Shown here: positions 48,598-60,161 of the stretch, in pieces | Layout of the letters: every line of letters starts with the position of its first letter | How positions within the stretch are numbered: position 1 is the first letter of the stretch | Assembly: GCA_963745235.1 (NCBI GenBank) | Contig: CAVUXE010000009.1 | Span: 128,001 to 192,000, forward strand | From: an uncultured Spirochaetota bacterium | Lineage (GTDB): Bacteria > Spirochaetota > Spirochaetia > SZUA-6 > Fen-1364 | Reading direction: 5' to 3' | Length of the DNA stretch: 64,000 bases | Translations under genes and position numbers: made by a program | Notes under the pieces: generated by a model | Database searches by the model: none | Told to the model about the DNA's origin: nothing | Seen by the model: only the letters and a program-made list of their open reading frames with translations

Positions 48598-49326
48598 TCA
48601 AAGACCTCGGAACACCGGACCATCCATGCACACGAGCCTTCCTCCGTGCTCGCATGCCCCGCAGAGCCCTATCCCGCAGCGCATATACGCCTCATGGGAC
48701 ATCTCCGCAGCCACCCCCGCGCCCCGGCACGCCGCAGTCAGCGCTTCCAGCATGGACTCCGGCCCGCAGGCGCGCACGTGGGAGAAACCTTCCGCGGACA
48801 GGAGTGGAGTGACAATATCCGTGACGAGTCCACGCGTGCCTTCGGTGCCGTCCTCGGTTGCCGCGTGGACGGGCACGCCGAGTGAGGAAAAGCGCCGGGT
48901 GAAAAGAAGGTCCTCCGCGGTTCGGGCGCCCAGAGCGGCCTCGACGCGGCATCCCGGGCTGGCCGCCAGGAGCCTCTCCGCCAGAAACGCAAGGGGCGCC
49001 GCGCCATAGCCTCCGCCCACAAGAAGGGTGCTTTCCCGCTCCAGGGAAAAGCCCGTCCCGAAAGGACCGCGAACCCAGAGGGTATCGCCAGGCCTGAGAG
49101 CGTGAAGGGCGTCGCTGAAGGGCCCCACCCGGGAGACAGTGAACATGAGAGGGTCGCCCCCGGAGATGCTGAAAGGCTTCTCATCCGCGCCGGGAAGCCA
49201 GAGCATCCCAAACTGCCCCGGCGCGCAGGCCATTGATCCGTCCAGAACAAGGGAGATCGTCTTTGCGTTCTCCGAGATCCTCTCCCGGATCCGAAAAGGC
49301 CGGGGGGCGCCGCCGGCCCTATCCAT
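48598..49326 (-). CDS. pyrK: Dihydroorotate dehydrogenase electron transfer subunit
   Basis: [20 protein letters not shown] and [11 protein letters not shown]...VCMDGPVF. Confidence 0.9.
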   Translation of the reverse strand: MDRAGGAPRPFRIRERISENAKTISLVLDGSMACAPGQFGMLWLPGADEKPFSISGGDPLMFTVSRVGPFSDALHALRPGDTLWVRGPFGTGFSLERESTLLVGGGYGAAPLAFLAERLLAASPGCRVEAALGARTAEDLLFTRRFSSLGVPVHAATEDGTEGTRGLVTDIVTPLLSAEGFSHVRACGPESMLEALTAACRGAGVAAEMSHEAYMRCGIGLCGACEHGGRLVCMDGPVFRGL

Positions 49327-50326
49327 GAGGCCTCTCCCAGTCGGGAATGGGGGGAGGCGTCGTGACAACCGCACCGTGTCGGAGCGCCCGGGTTCTCCCC
49401 CGAATCTGCTCCAGGCAGGTAGTGCCGCGCTTATCCAGCCAGGCGGAAAGCTCCTCTCGGATCAGGGAGAAGACTTCACCGCCGCGGTAGAAGACCGCTG
49501 ACCCGACGCCCACGGCCGTTGCGCCGGCGGATATCATCTCAACCGCATCAAGGCCGGTGAGCACTCCACCGGTCCCGATGATGGGGACGCCGACCACGGA
49601 CGCAATGTCGAACACGCAGCGCAGCGCTATGGGCTTGAGGGCGGGCCCCGAGATCCCTCCGGTTTCGTTGGCAAGCACCGGGGCGCCTGACTCCGCGTCG
49701 ATCAGCATGCCCGGCATGGTATTGATGGCGGTGATTGCATCAGCGCCGGCTTCCACCACCGCGCGCGCAATCTCCCCGATATCGTGCACGTTGGGTGACA
49801 GCTTCACCAGGCAGGGCAGCGACGTCACCTTCTTGACCGTTGCCGTCACCTCCGCAGCCGCCGACGGTGAGGCGGCGAACATCTCCCCATGCTCGGCTCC
49901 GAGGTTCGGACAGGACACGTTCAGCTCGATCATGTCAGGGCTCGCCTGCGCGAGCAGCGCGGCTGCCTGCGCGAAGCCTTCCGCCGTGTCCGCGGAAAGG
50001 CTTGCGATGAGCGGGACCCGCAGCGGCCGAAGGCGTCGCGATGCCTCCCGCAGCAGCTCCAGCTCCTCCATCACGCCAGGATTGGGAAGCCCCATGGCGT
50101 TTATCAGTCCCTGCCCCCAGTCCACTGCGGTGGGGTTTCTGTGACCGCGCCGGGGCGCGGGAGTGCATGTCTTGGCGGTGACGGCACCCGCGCCGCTTCG
50201 CGCGGCGCGCTCCAGCAGGGAAGGGGAAGTGCCCCAGATGCCGGAGGCAAGGACAAGCGGCGTGGGGAGCCGGATGTCAGCGATCCGGCAGGAAAGGTCA
50301 GCGGATCCCGAGGGCCGAGCGCACAT
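49319..50326 (-). CDS. pyrD: Dihydroorotate dehydrogenase, family 1B catalytic subunit
   Basis: [25 protein letters not shown] and [10 protein letters not shown]. Confidence 0.92.
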   Translation of the reverse strand: MCARPSGSADLSCRIADIRLPTPLVLASGIWGTSPSLLERAARSGAGAVTAKTCTPAPRRGHRNPTAVDWGQGLINAMGLPNPGVMEELELLREASRRLRPLRVPLIASLSADTAEGFAQAAALLAQASPDMIELNVSCPNLGAEHGEMFAASPSAAAEVTATVKKVTSLPCLVKLSPNVHDIGEIARAVVEAGADAITAINTMPGMLIDAESGAPVLANETGGISGPALKPIALRCVFDIASVVGVPIIGTGGVLTGLDAVEMISAGATAVGVGSAVFYRGGEVFSLIREELSAWLDKRGTTCLEQIRGRTRALRHGAVVTTPPPIPDWERPHG

Positions 50327-51707
50327 CCGAGCGTACCGCCTCAGCAATCCGTCCGTGGCGCACCAGGACGTCCAGGAGCGCGCTGACGGTCATGACGGAA
50401 TGAAGCTCGAGGCCTTTGGCGGCGAGCTCGCTTTTTCCTCCCTGTTCCCTGTCCACGAGCACCACCACGTCGTTGATTTTCAGCCCCGCTGACACCAGCG
50501 GCTCCATCGCCTCGATCTTGCTGGCCCCGGTGGTGATCAAGTCGTCCAGCACCACCACCGTGTCCCCGGCGGCGTAAGCCCCCTCGATCCCCTTCCTGGT
50601 TCCGTATTCCTTTACCTCCCTGCGAGGGTAGAGGAGGGGCCGACCACAAGCCATCGCCACCGCCTGTCCGATCGGCAGACCGCCGTACGGGATTGCCGCA
50701 ATCCTGTCGAATCTCAGCCGCGCAAGGACCCCAGCCATCGCGGCGGCCACGGTTGCCATGAGCCGAGGATCGCTCACAAGAAGTCTTAAGTCGATGTAGA
50801 TCGGAGACGTCTGCCCCGATTTCAGCGTGAACTTCCCCACTTTGACCGCGCCCAGCTCATGCAGGCCCAGGGCAATCTGCTCCGCAAGGCCGCCGTGTCT
50901 CGGCGTCGCATGGTCCTTTCCGTGGGCTGAAGCTCGGCAGGAGTTTATCCTGTCAGACAACTCCCGGGCAGCCGCCCCGGGGTCCGGAGCATTCCAGACC
51001 GCACGGGAGACATTCACCAGCACCCGGCCGCCATCCTGGTCCAGCCCTTCCCGGAGGCTTTCCTCGAGGTCCCCGCCCTGGGCGCCCACGCCGGGGAGGA
51101 GGAACCACATCCCGGGAGCGACTCTCCTGACACCCGCAAGCAGGTGCGGGTATGTTGCGCCTACCACCAGGCCGATATTGCCCTGGCCGTTCCAGTCACA
51201 CGCCATGGCGGCAATCTTCTCATACAGCGGCGCGCCGTCCACGGACAGCTCCTGCAGGTCCCGGGCTCCGGGGTTCGAGGTATGGCAGAGGAGGAACACT
51301 CCCTTGTCTTTCCGGGAGGAGAAGCTTTCCACGCTGTCCCTTCCCAGAAGCGGGCTGGCAGTCACCGCATCCGCTTCGAGCACGTCGAAGCAGGCCTTCG
51401 CGTACGCGTCCGCGGTGGAAGCGATGTCACCCCTCTTTGCATCCAGGATGACGGGCAGGCCTCGGGAGTGCGCGTGCCTGATCGTTTCCCGCAGGATCTC
51501 CAGGCCGGAAGCGCCGCGCGCCTCGTAGAAGGCGGCGTTGGGCTTGCAGGCGCACGCGCTGTGCGCCGCGGCATCGATGATCTTTCGGTTTGTCGGGAGG
51601 ATGTCCTGGGCGGGCACGTCCAACGGAGGATCCAGCCCTATACACAGGAGGGAATTGTTGCGGCGCGAGACATCTGACAGGAACGAAAAGAAGCCTTGCG
51701 TGCTCAT
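50298..51707 (-). CDS. pyrF: Bifunctional OMP decarboxylase / orotate phosphoribosyltransferase (PyrF-PyrE)
   Basis: [16 protein letters not shown] and PGVGAQGG, then [16 protein letters not shown] and VLDDLITTG in one frame. Confidence 0.92.
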   Translation of the reverse strand: MSTQGFFSFLSDVSRRNNSLLCIGLDPPLDVPAQDILPTNRKIIDAAAHSACACKPNAAFYEARGASGLEILRETIRHAHSRGLPVILDAKRGDIASTADAYAKACFDVLEADAVTASPLLGRDSVESFSSRKDKGVFLLCHTSNPGARDLQELSVDGAPLYEKIAAMACDWNGQGNIGLVVGATYPHLLAGVRRVAPGMWFLLPGVGAQGGDLEESLREGLDQDGGRVLVNVSRAVWNAPDPGAAARELSDRINSCRASAHGKDHATPRHGGLAEQIALGLHELGAVKVGKFTLKSGQTSPIYIDLRLLVSDPRLMATVAAAMAGVLARLRFDRIAAIPYGGLPIGQAVAMACGRPLLYPRREVKEYGTRKGIEGAYAAGDTVVVLDDLITTGASKIEAMEPLVSAGLKINDVVVLVDREQGGKSELAAKGLELHSVMTVSALLDVLVRHGRIAEAVRSDVRSALGIR

Positions 51708-51925
51708 GCCGTTGACTCGGAGGATACGGGGATGAGCTGTCTTGATCAAGGCCATCGGGCCGGCCACCGGGCCGGCCGCTCGCTCGGAACAGGAAACGCT
51801 TGTGCAGGGGACGCCCGTGCCGTACTGTAGCATGATTTTACAAAAGCCTGCCCGGCAATATACAAGACGGGCGCACCCGCCGCGCCCATACTTGCCGCGC
51901 GACACCGAAGCTGGAGGTTGGACTG

Positions 51926-53692
51926 ATGCAGACCCTGGACCCGAAGACCATGAAGGATTGGCAGATTGCGGAAGCGGCGGAGGCCGGCATGAAGCCGGTG
52001 ACCCGGCTCGCAAAGGAGCTGGGCCTGGAGGACAGGGAGCTTCTCCCCTACGGCCACTACGTCGCAAAGCTCGACTATATGAGCGTCCTGAACCGCCTGA
52101 AGGACAAGCCGGACGGCAAGTACGTGGAGGTCACAGCCATCACGCCGACGCCGCTCGGGGAGGGCAAGTCCACAACGACCATGGGGCTCGTGGAGGGCCT
52201 CGGGAAGATCGGAAAGAAGGTCATTGGCGCCATCCGCCAGCCGTCCGGCGGTCCGACCTTCAACATCAAGGGATCAGCGGCGGGCGGCGGCCTCGCCCAG
52301 TGCATCCCGCTCACGGATTTTTCCCTGGGGCTGACGGGAGACATCGACGCAATCACGAACGCCCACAACCTTTCCATGGTTGCCCTGACGGCGCGGCTGC
52401 AGCACGAGTTCAACTACGGGGACGCGGGCCTCAAGAAGCGCGGCCTGGAACGCCTGGATATCGACCCGCGCAACATTGCGCAAGGCTGGGCAATCGACTT
52501 CTGCGCGCAGGCCATGCGGGAGATCATCATTGGCCTTGGCTCGGACATGGACGGGTTCATGATGAAGAGCGGGTTCCAGATCACCGTCTCTTCGGAGATC
52601 ATGGCCATCCTGGCGGTTGCCTCCTCCCTTGCGGACCTCAGGGAGCGCATGGGCAGGATCGTCGTTGCCTACAGCAGATCCGGCAAGCCGGTGACGACAC
52701 ACGATCTGCAAGTGGACGGGGCCATGACCGCGCTCATGGCCAAGGCCATCAACCCCAACCTGCTGCAGACAATCGAGGGACAGCCCGTCCTTGTCCATGC
52801 CGGACCCTTCGCCAATATCGCCATCGGGCAGTCCTCCATCATCGCGGACCGCGTGGCGCTGAAGCTCGCTGACTACCACGTGACGGAGAGCGGTTTCGCC
52901 GCGGACATCGGCTTCGAGAAGTTCTGGAACCTGAAGTGCCGCTTCAGCGGCCTCACACCGAGCTGCTCGGTGCTCGTGTGCACGATCCGTGCGCTGAAAA
53001 TGCATGGCGGAGGGCCACGGGTGGCCCCGGGAAAGGCGCTGGACAAGGCCTACACGGAGAAGAATGTTCCCCTGGTGGAGAAGGGCCTGGAAAACCTCGT
53101 GGCCCACGTGGAGACGATCAAGCTTTCCGGCATCGAGCCGGTGGTCTGCATCAATCATTTTTACACCGACACGGATGAAGAGATTGCCGTGATCCGAAAG
53201 GCCGCTGAGAAGGCGGGTGCCCGCGTGGCAGTCTCACGCCACTGGGAAAAAGGCGGCGAGGGCGCCGTGGAGCTGGCGGAGACCGTGGTGGACGTGTGCA
53301 GGACTCCGCCGAAGTTCAAGTTCCTCTACGAGCTTTCCACTCCCCTGTCGGAGCGGATCCGGCTCATCGCGACCAAGGTTTACGGAGCGGACGGCGTGTC
53401 ATACACCCCCCTTGCGCAGGAGAAGCTCAAAGCGATAGAGGCGGACGCAGAGCTTGCAAAGCTCGGGACGTGCATGGTGAAAACGCACCTCAGTCTCTCC
53501 CATGACCCGACCATCAAGGGCCGGCCGCGCGGGTGGACGCTCCCCATTCGCGACATCCTGCAGTACCGGGGGGCCGGTTCGATTGTTCCCGTGGCAGGGG
53601 ACGTCAAGCTCATGCCGGGGACGGCTTCGGAGCCGGCGTTCCGCAATATCGACGTCGATGTGAAGACCGGGAAGGTGCGGGGGCTTTTCTAG
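51926..53692 (+). CDS. fhs: Formate-tetrahydrofolate ligase
   Basis: [31 protein letters not shown] and [10 protein letters not shown]. Confidence 0.96.
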   Translation: MQTLDPKTMKDWQIAEAAEAGMKPVTRLAKELGLEDRELLPYGHYVAKLDYMSVLNRLKDKPDGKYVEVTAITPTPLGEGKSTTTMGLVEGLGKIGKKVIGAIRQPSGGPTFNIKGSAAGGGLAQCIPLTDFSLGLTGDIDAITNAHNLSMVALTARLQHEFNYGDAGLKKRGLERLDIDPRNIAQGWAIDFCAQAMREIIIGLGSDMDGFMMKSGFQITVSSEIMAILAVASSLADLRERMGRIVVAYSRSGKPVTTHDLQVDGAMTALMAKAINPNLLQTIEGQPVLVHAGPFANIAIGQSSIIADRVALKLADYHVTESGFAADIGFEKFWNLKCRFSGLTPSCSVLVCTIRALKMHGGGPRVAPGKALDKAYTEKNVPLVEKGLENLVAHVETIKLSGIEPVVCINHFYTDTDEEIAVIRKAAEKAGARVAVSRHWEKGGEGAVELAETVVDVCRTPPKFKFLYELSTPLSERIRLIATKVYGADGVSYTPLAQEKLKAIEADAELAKLGTCMVKTHLSLSHDPTIKGRPRGWTLPIRDILQYRGAGSIVPVAGDVKLMPGTASEPAFRNIDVDVKTGKVRGLF

Positions 53693-53847
53693 AGGTAGCC
53701 TTCCAGCTCCTCCATGGGCAGGTATCCCAGCCTCGCCAGGATCTCGCCCAGCTTTTCACTGGGATGCTTTTTCTGCTCCGCGAGCGCTGTTTCGAGCTGC
53801 TTTTTTGTAATGACCCCGTTGTTGACCAGCGTCTCTCCCAGCGGCAT
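53689..53847 (-). CDS. 52-aa stand-alone MshEN-like protein
   Basis: Manual translation [60 protein letters not shown]; the stop overlaps the fhs stop. Confidence 0.85.
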   Translation of the reverse strand: MPLGETLVNNGVITKKQLETALAEQKKHPSEKLGEILARLGYLPMEELEGYL

Positions 53848-53859
53848 GAAGACTTCCTC

Positions 53860-54870
53860 CTATATCGCTACCTGCTCCTCCTGGTCGCCGGGGGGAAGGG
53901 CCTTCCCGAGCCAGGCGTCCAGGACATCCAGGGCTTCCGCGTACCTCCGAGTATGCATGACTTCGTCGATCAGGTCTCTGGCCCCCGCAAACGCCCGCAG
54001 GTAGGTCTTCGCGAACTTTTTCAGCACGTTGAAGTTGCCCCTTTCGCCCCAGGCCTCGCGATGGAACGCCAGGTGGCGGCGGAAAGAGAGGACTTTCTGC
54101 TGAGGCGAAAGCAGTGAGTACTGGGCTTCCTCTTCCCCCCGGATTGCGCGAAAGAGGTAGAGGTTCTCGAATATTCCCCGGCCGACCATTATCCCGTCCG
54201 CCCCCGTTTGCGCCAGTCTCTGGTGGAAAACCTCCGCGGAGCGCACGTCTCCGTTTCCGACGATACGCGTGGGAGCCCCCGCCTGGTCGCGGAGGCGGAC
54301 TGCCAGGGAAACCGAGCTCCAGTCCGCCTCCCCGTTCGACTGCTGCGAGACGGTGCGCCCATGGATGGTGAGGGCGCTCAACCCCTGGGAGAGGAGGAAG
54401 GCGATCCATTCCTCCGGGTTCGCCCGAGTGACACCGATCCGGGTCTTCACGCTGACCGGCATGCCGCCTGCCCCCTCCCGGGCCGCGGCAATGAGCTCTC
54501 CCGCCAGGGTCGGGTTGCTGATCAGGGCCCCGCATCCGCCGCCCTTGATGATCTTGCGCACGGGACAGCCCATGTTGATGTCCAGGCCGTCGAAGCCCAT
54601 CTCCCGGACCTCGTTCGCCACGCGCCGAAAGCTCTCCGGCCTGGTTCCCCAGACCTGCGCAATGAGGGGTCGCTCCTTCTCGACGAACCTGAGCCGGCCC
54701 ACCACCTTCTCCCGGGCGCCCGAGCACAGCCCGTCCGTGCTCGTGAACTCCGTCATGAGCAGGTCCGGCGGGCCCGCCTCCCGCACGATCTGGCGAAACA
54801 CCGTATCGGTGACGTCCTCCATGGGCGCAAGGACAGAGAATCCCCTCCGCAGCTCATTCCAGATTCCCAT
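53860..54870 (-). CDS. dus: tRNA-dihydrouridine synthase
   Basis: LAPMEDVTD, DINMGCP, VSVKTRIG, IHGRT, GNGD and MVGRG. Confidence 0.93.
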   Translation of the reverse strand: MGIWNELRRGFSVLAPMEDVTDTVFRQIVREAGPPDLLMTEFTSTDGLCSGAREKVVGRLRFVEKERPLIAQVWGTRPESFRRVANEVREMGFDGLDINMGCPVRKIIKGGGCGALISNPTLAGELIAAAREGAGGMPVSVKTRIGVTRANPEEWIAFLLSQGLSALTIHGRTVSQQSNGEADWSSVSLAVRLRDQAGAPTRIVGNGDVRSAEVFHQRLAQTGADGIMVGRGIFENLYLFRAIRGEEEAQYSLLSPQQKVLSFRRHLAFHREAWGERGNFNVLKKFAKTYLRAFAGARDLIDEVMHTRRYAEALDVLDAWLGKALPPGDQEEQVAI

Positions 54871-55019
54871 GGAGATTTCCATCTGAAGACAAAGATGGTG
54901 GAAGAACGGACGTCCGTCCAGGCGTTTTTCCTTGACGCTCCGAAGGACCGGATGTTATGCTGGCGCGCAGAAAAAAACGGGCCGGCACCGCACGTCCGTG
55001 ACGCGTTAGGGGAAGGTTG

Positions 55020-55595
55020 ATGAAGCTCATCCGGGTCGCGGCAACCGCGGCCCTCGCCCTGTTCGTCGTGGCCGCCGCGCAGGCGCGCGCGGACTCCTCC
55101 GACATTGGTGAGCCTGTGGCGCTCGGCCTGGATGTCGGAACCTCCGCAATCAACGCCGTCATGGGCACGGCGGCCGTCAGCCTGTCTCTCGACCTGCCCC
55201 TCGGGCACCCGCTGTCGCTGACCCTCCAGACTGCGGCCTCCTGGGCGCCCGGCACCGGGAGCAGCGTTTTTCAGCTCGCGTTGATCGCCCAGGCGCGGTT
55301 CTACTTCATTTCACTTTTCGTGCCGGAGAATGGGCAGGCCAACTGGGGACCCTTCATGGCGGCGGGGGCTGACGTTGCCTGGACCCGCCAGCTGAGTGAC
55401 TCCACGCTGGACGCTGTTTCATTCGGCCCCGACGTCGAAGGCGGATACCGGCTCGTCTTCGGTGACCGCGGGATCTTCATTGAGCCGACCTTCGGATGGA
55501 TTGCGCTGTATGGCGCCAGGTTCGATGTGGAAGGGCCCAGCCCGGTGACCAGCAGCGGGTACTCCGCCGGGCTGACCGTGGGGTACCGCTTCTAG
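55020..55595 (+). CDS. Probable outer-membrane beta-barrel protein
   Basis: Signal peptide, alternating strands and terminal VGYRF. Candidate promoter TTGACG-18-TATGCT at 54932-61. Confidence 0.7.
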   Translation: MKLIRVAATAALALFVVAAAQARADSSDIGEPVALGLDVGTSAINAVMGTAAVSLSLDLPLGHPLSLTLQTAASWAPGTGSSVFQLALIAQARFYFISLFVPENGQANWGPFMAAGADVAWTRQLSDSTLDAVSFGPDVEGGYRLVFGDRGIFIEPTFGWIALYGARFDVEGPSPVTSSGYSAGLTVGYRF

Positions 55596-55620
55596 GGCCT
55601 CAGGTTCCCGGGCCGCAAGC

Positions 55621-56466
55621 TTATTCCTTGATCCCGCCCGCCGTCATTCCCATCACGATGTACTTCTGAAAGATGATGGCAATCAGCACCGGGGGAAGGG
55701 CCGCAATCACGCCGCCCGCCGCAATCATCTCGTAGTCCACGTAGTGCTTTCCGCTGAACTCCGCGATTGCCACCGATATTGTCTTGGCGTCCAGGGTCGA
55801 GGTGAAGATGAGGGCAAAGAAGAACTCGTCCCATGCGATCAGGAAGGAAAGGATGGCCGTCGCGATGATGCCCGGTCGGGCCATGGGGAAATAGATGTGC
55901 CAGAGCACCTGCAGCCGGCTGCACCCTTCTATGGAAGCAGACTCCTCGTATGTCTTGGAGAGGGAGCTGAAGTAGCTCTGCATGACCCAGATCACGAACG
56001 GCAGGGTCATGGTGAGATACAGGAGCACCAGGGTGGGCTTGGCGTTGAGCATCCCCAGCCTGCTCAGGAGGAGGTACAACGGCATGACCACCACCACCGA
56101 GGGAATCATGTAGGTGAAGAGAATCAGGTACATGATATTGTTTTTGAAAGCAAAACGAAGGCGCGCGAACGCGTAGGAGGCGAGAGACCCGATCACGAGG
56201 GAGATGATGGTGACCGAGCCGGCGACGATGAGGCTGTTGCGCATGGCAATCTCGAAAGCGTGCGCAATCTCGTTGTCCGGGTTCGTGAACACATCCAAGT
56301 ATCGCTGGAGGGTCGCGTGGCGCGGGATGACCTTCAAGGGGACCGCAATGATGTCACGGTGAATGGCAATGCTCGTGATGAACATCCACGCTACGGGCGC
56401 TATAACGAAAAGGAATACGAGCAGGCCGAAAAAGTACTGGGCAATCGGGAAAGCCCTGTTCTTCAC
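55621..56466 (-). CDS. Carbohydrate ABC permease (MalG type)
   Basis: YEESASIEGCSR and AWDEFFFA. Confidence 0.92.
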   Translation of the reverse strand: MKNRAFPIAQYFFGLLVFLFVIAPVAWMFITSIAIHRDIIAVPLKVIPRHATLQRYLDVFTNPDNEIAHAFEIAMRNSLIVAGSVTIISLVIGSLASYAFARLRFAFKNNIMYLILFTYMIPSVVVVMPLYLLLSRLGMLNAKPTLVLLYLTMTLPFVIWVMQSYFSSLSKTYEESASIEGCSRLQVLWHIYFPMARPGIIATAILSFLIAWDEFFFALIFTSTLDAKTISVAIAEFSGKHYVDYEMIAAGGVIAALPPVLIAIIFQKYIVMGMTAGGIKE

Positions 56467-57362
56467 GAGTCACTCGCCTCCCCGCGTTTCAGCAACCGAA
56501 CGTAGGCAATGGTGAATGCCAGGACCAGCACGGCAATCAGGTAGGACAGCGTCGAGGAGATGGAATACTGGAGGTTGCTGAAGGCCTTGAGGTACGCTTC
56601 ATAGACAAGGACCTTCGTGCCGTTGGCGGGACCCCCCCGGGTCATGACGTAGAACACGTCGAACGCCTTGAACTTTTCCATGGTGCGCATGACCACGACC
56701 ACGGCCATGGTTGGCACCAGGTACGGCAGGGTGATGTGCCAGAAACGGGAGAAGACCCCTGCGCCATCCACCGTTGCCGCCTCGTAAAGGGACTTGTTGA
56801 TGAACTGCAGGGCAGCCAGGAAGAAGATGACGGCAAAAGGCGTCATCTTCCACACGTCCGCCACGATCACCATGTTCATCGCGAGGAACGGGTCGCTCAG
56901 CCACGCCCGGTACTGTCCCAGGATGTGCAGCCGCGTCAGCACGGCATTGAGCACCCCATACTCAGGATTGTAGATCCATTTCCAGATGCTCGCGGTGACG
57001 ATCCCCGGCGTAGCCCAGGGAATGATGACGAGCACGCGCAGAAGGCCCACCCCGTGGAAGCGCGTGTTCAGCAGAAGCGCTATCAGGAGGCCGAGCACCG
57101 TCTCCACGGTCAGGGAGACGACGGTAAAGTACATGGTGCGTCCCAGGGCCTGCCAGAACCAGGCGGACCGCAGGACCCGCAGGTAGTTCAGCAGGCCGAG
57201 GAACTTCCCCTTCTCCGCGGAGATGAGCTCCATGTTCTGGAGGCTGTAGATGAAGGTGGTCACGAGGGGGAAAAGCACTACGCCGAAGATGACGACAGCG
57301 GCAGGAAGGAGAATGAGAAATGCGAAGCTTTGCTCTGAGAGTCCCTGCCGCCGAAGTTCCAT
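56463..57362 (-). CDS. Carbohydrate ABC permease (MalF type)
   Basis: LYEAATVDGAG, DVWKMTPF and TRGGPANGT. Confidence 0.92.
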   Translation of the reverse strand: MELRRQGLSEQSFAFLILLPAAVVIFGVVLFPLVTTFIYSLQNMELISAEKGKFLGLLNYLRVLRSAWFWQALGRTMYFTVVSLTVETVLGLLIALLLNTRFHGVGLLRVLVIIPWATPGIVTASIWKWIYNPEYGVLNAVLTRLHILGQYRAWLSDPFLAMNMVIVADVWKMTPFAVIFFLAALQFINKSLYEAATVDGAGVFSRFWHITLPYLVPTMAVVVVMRTMEKFKAFDVFYVMTRGGPANGTKVLVYEAYLKAFSNLQYSISSTLSYLIAVLVLAFTIAYVRLLKRGEASDS

Positions 57363-57374
57363 TCTGTGCGACCT

Positions 57375-58614
57375 CTATTTCCTGCTTGCCAGCTCGAGGG
57401 CTTTTGCCTGGACTTCCTTGAGGGCCTGGTCACTCGTCTTCTTGCCCTGCAGGACTTCCTGGATCCGAACCTGCAGGTCCGTGGAGAACTCGCTGTAGAA
57501 GGGGACCACCGGCCTGTTCACCAGGTAGTTGTACTGTTCCTTGGCGACCTTCACGACCTCGGGGTTGCTCGCCATGACGTCCTTGTCATCGTAGAGGGAT
57601 TTCCAGATCGGGAGAGCGTTCTTGGGGAACTTCTTCTGGAAGTCCTTGGACGACATGTACAGGATGTACTGTCCACGCTTCCGCGGAGTGCTTGCTGCCG
57701 GCGGAGATGGACAGGGGCTGCCCGCCGTTCACCGTTGCGCTGCGGACAGAACCGGATCCGGGGATCAGAGCGACCCCCGTCTGCCCGACGATGGCCGACT
57801 TGGAAGCGTCCTGGCCTTCGCTGAACTGGAACGTCCAGTTCAGGGCGAACGCGGCGTCCCCCTTGATGAACGTGGAGTCGACCTCGTTCTCCGTGAACTC
57901 GAGTGAGTTCGGGTTGGTCAAGCCGTCCTTGAGCGACGCAACCATGTAGTCAAGCGCCTTCTTGTTGCCGGCCGCCGTGAGAGTGGGGTTTCCGTCCTTG
58001 TCGAACATGGCGCCGCCGAAGGCAGCTGACAGAACGGTGTAGTCGCAGGTGAGGCATTCGGCCTGGGCCCAGCTCCACACGATGGGGAACTTCACGAGCT
58101 TCTTGTCCTTGATGACCTTCGCCTGCGCGGCAAGCTCCTCCCAGGTCCTGGGGGGATTTGCGAACCCGGCGGCCTGCAGGATCTTCTTGTTGTAGAAGAG
58201 GTACTTGCAGTCGTTGAGCCAGGGCATGCCGTAGCTCTTGCCCTTGTACACGGTGGAGGACAGGGCCCCCTCGAAGATGTCCTTCTGATCCGCCGGGGCC
58301 AGGGGCGGAACCGACTTCACGATCCCGGCCTGGGCGAACTTGGCGGTGAAGGGGCCGTCGCTCAGCACCACGTCATAGCTTCCCGCCTGCGCGGAGGTGA
58401 TGATCTTCTCCTCCAGCTGCTCGTAGGGAACGAACGTGAGGTTGACATTGATCTCGGGATGGGCCGCCTGGAAATCCCGGGTCCCCCCGATGATGTCTTC
58501 CTCCTGGTAGCCCGCCTGTTTCATGAACAGGGCGTTGATCGTGACCGTATCCGCGAAGGCTGCTGCCGCCACGGCCACGAGCACGACCATGATGATGAGA
58601 CTCTTTTTTGTCAT
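57375..58614 (-). CDS. Carbohydrate ABC substrate-binding protein; frameshift near 57670
   Basis: Signal peptide, FMKQAGY and GMPWLND. The C-terminus is in ORF 57375..57656. Confidence 0.88.
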
Positions 58615-58657
58615 GACACCACTCCTTCTTCGTGATTTTTGGAAGCAGCCCTGTTCA

Positions 58658-58673
58658 TGCAAGAAAGGTGCCA
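58658..58673 (-). promoter_or_regulatory. sigma54 promoter
   Basis: Minus strand TGGCAC-CTTTC-TTGCA, a consensus match. Confidence 0.85.
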
Positions 58674-58771
58674 CGCGGACGACTTCTCATGGGAAGTCGT
58701 TAACTGCTTGCCATGGAAGAAGAAGGGTCTCCGTCCTGGGTCAGGGGGCGCCCGGACGATTCTGATTCGAA

Positions 58772-58808
58772 TGGGGCAAATCCCCCAACCAGTGGGTCAC
58801 ATCACCCA
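58772..58808. promoter_or_regulatory. Candidate tandem enhancer
   Basis: TGGGGCAAATCCCCCA (58772-87) and TGGGTCACATCACCCA (58793-808), 21 bp apart. Confidence 0.6.
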
Positions 58809-60151
58809 ACATCAATGCCGTACTTCCTGATCCTGTAGCGCAGCGTGTCTCGGGAAATGCCCAGCTCGCGGGCGGCGGAGGATACATTTCCGCCGTTCCT
58901 GCGCATCACGTCGAGAAGCATCGTCCTTTCCATCTGTTCGATCTTGTTGTCCGCGCCCGCTTGTTCCCCTGCCGCTGATCCCAGCATCTGTCGAGGCAGG
59001 CTCTCAGCGGTGATCACATCCGTGCTGGAAAGCACGACGGCCCGCTCGATCACGTTGCGAAGCTCTCTCACGTTGCCCGGCCAGGAATACGCGCACAGCG
59101 CGTCTTTCACCTGGCCCGCGAAGCCGCCTGGCAGCTTTCCGAGAGTCATCGAGTAGTGGCGCAGGAAGTGCTCCGCCAGGGGCAGGATATCCTGGCGGCG
59201 CTCCCGCAGAGGAGGCACGCGAATGGTGATTGTGTTTATCCGGTAGTACAGGTCTTCGCGGAACTTCCCCTCGCGAACAAGGACGTCCAGGTCCTTGTTG
59301 GTTGCGCAGATGATGCGCGCGTCCACCTTTGTCTTGGCCGTGCTGCCCAGGGGCTCGAAAACCTTCTCTTCGATGAACCGAAGGAGCTTGGCCTGGGTGG
59401 GAAGAGGGATCTCCGCAATCTCGTCCAGGAAGAGCACGCCGCCTCGCGCCTGGCTGATCTTCCCGCTGAAGTTCTGCGACGCCCCGGTAAAGGCTCCCTT
59501 CCTGTACCCGAAAAGCTCGCTCTCGATCAGCGTGTCCGGAACGGCCGGACAGCTGATGCTGACGAACGGCACACTGAAATCCCCCTTCTTCTTCTCCGCT
59601 GTTTTTGCATGAATGGCCCGGGCAATGACCTCCTTGCCCGCGCCGCTTTCCCCGAGGATGAGGACCGCGGAGGGGGCGCCGGCCACCTTCTCGACGAGCT
59701 CCACGATCTCCCGCATGCCGGCGCTGTGCGCGATGACCCCGGGCACCGGGCACGCCTGGCGAAGAAGGTCGTTCTCCTTTCTCAGGTCTTCGGCTTTGAG
59801 CAGCTTGTGCACGACATGGCGGATCACGTCCTTGTTGAACGGCTTCGTGATGAAATCCGCCGCCCCGCCCTTCATGGCCTCAACGGCCTTTTCGATGGAT
59901 CCGTAGGCCGTTATCATGACCAGCGGGACCTCCCGTCCCGCCTGCTTCAGGTGGCGCAGCAGGGCAAGGCCATCCGCTCCCGGCATCTTGAGGTCGGTTA
60001 TGACGAGGTCCAGGTCAGGACCGTCATCTATGGCGGACATGGCCCGCTCCCCGTTTTCCGCCGTCAGGACCTCGTACCCGTCGTCCTCCAGGAGCATCGT
60101 GAGCACCGTGCGGACGTTCGGCTCATCGTCTACCACAAGAATCCGCTTCAT
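58802..60151 (-). CDS. sigma54-dependent response regulator
   Basis: VVDDE, TDLKMP, GESGAGKE, GAFTGA, WPGNVREL and HTH. Confidence 0.94.
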   Translation of the reverse strand: MKRILVVDDEPNVRTVLTMLLEDDGYEVLTAENGERAMSAIDDGPDLDLVITDLKMPGADGLALLRHLKQAGREVPLVMITAYGSIEKAVEAMKGGAADFITKPFNKDVIRHVVHKLLKAEDLRKENDLLRQACPVPGVIAHSAGMREIVELVEKVAGAPSAVLILGESGAGKEVIARAIHAKTAEKKKGDFSVPFVSISCPAVPDTLIESELFGYRKGAFTGASQNFSGKISQARGGVLFLDEIAEIPLPTQAKLLRFIEEKVFEPLGSTAKTKVDARIICATNKDLDVLVREGKFREDLYYRINTITIRVPPLRERRQDILPLAEHFLRHYSMTLGKLPGGFAGQVKDALCAYSWPGNVRELRNVIERAVVLSSTDVITAESLPRQMLGSAAGEQAGADNKIEQMERTMLLDVMRRNGGNVSSAARELGISRDTLRYRIRKYGIDVG

Positions 60152-60161
60152 GGACCGCCCT

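Noticed and set aside
51708-51925. ZTP/THF riboswitch before fhs or PyrR attenuator before pyrF
   Set aside because: No recognisable consensus was seen on either strand, only generic GC-rich hairpins.
1141-58614. Many frameshifted genes as pseudogenes or programmed frameshifts
   Set aside because: The indels are scattered across unrelated genes whose motifs are all intact, with no accumulation of nonsense codons or shared slippery site. Sequencing or consensus error is the simpler explanation, though reads are needed to confirm.
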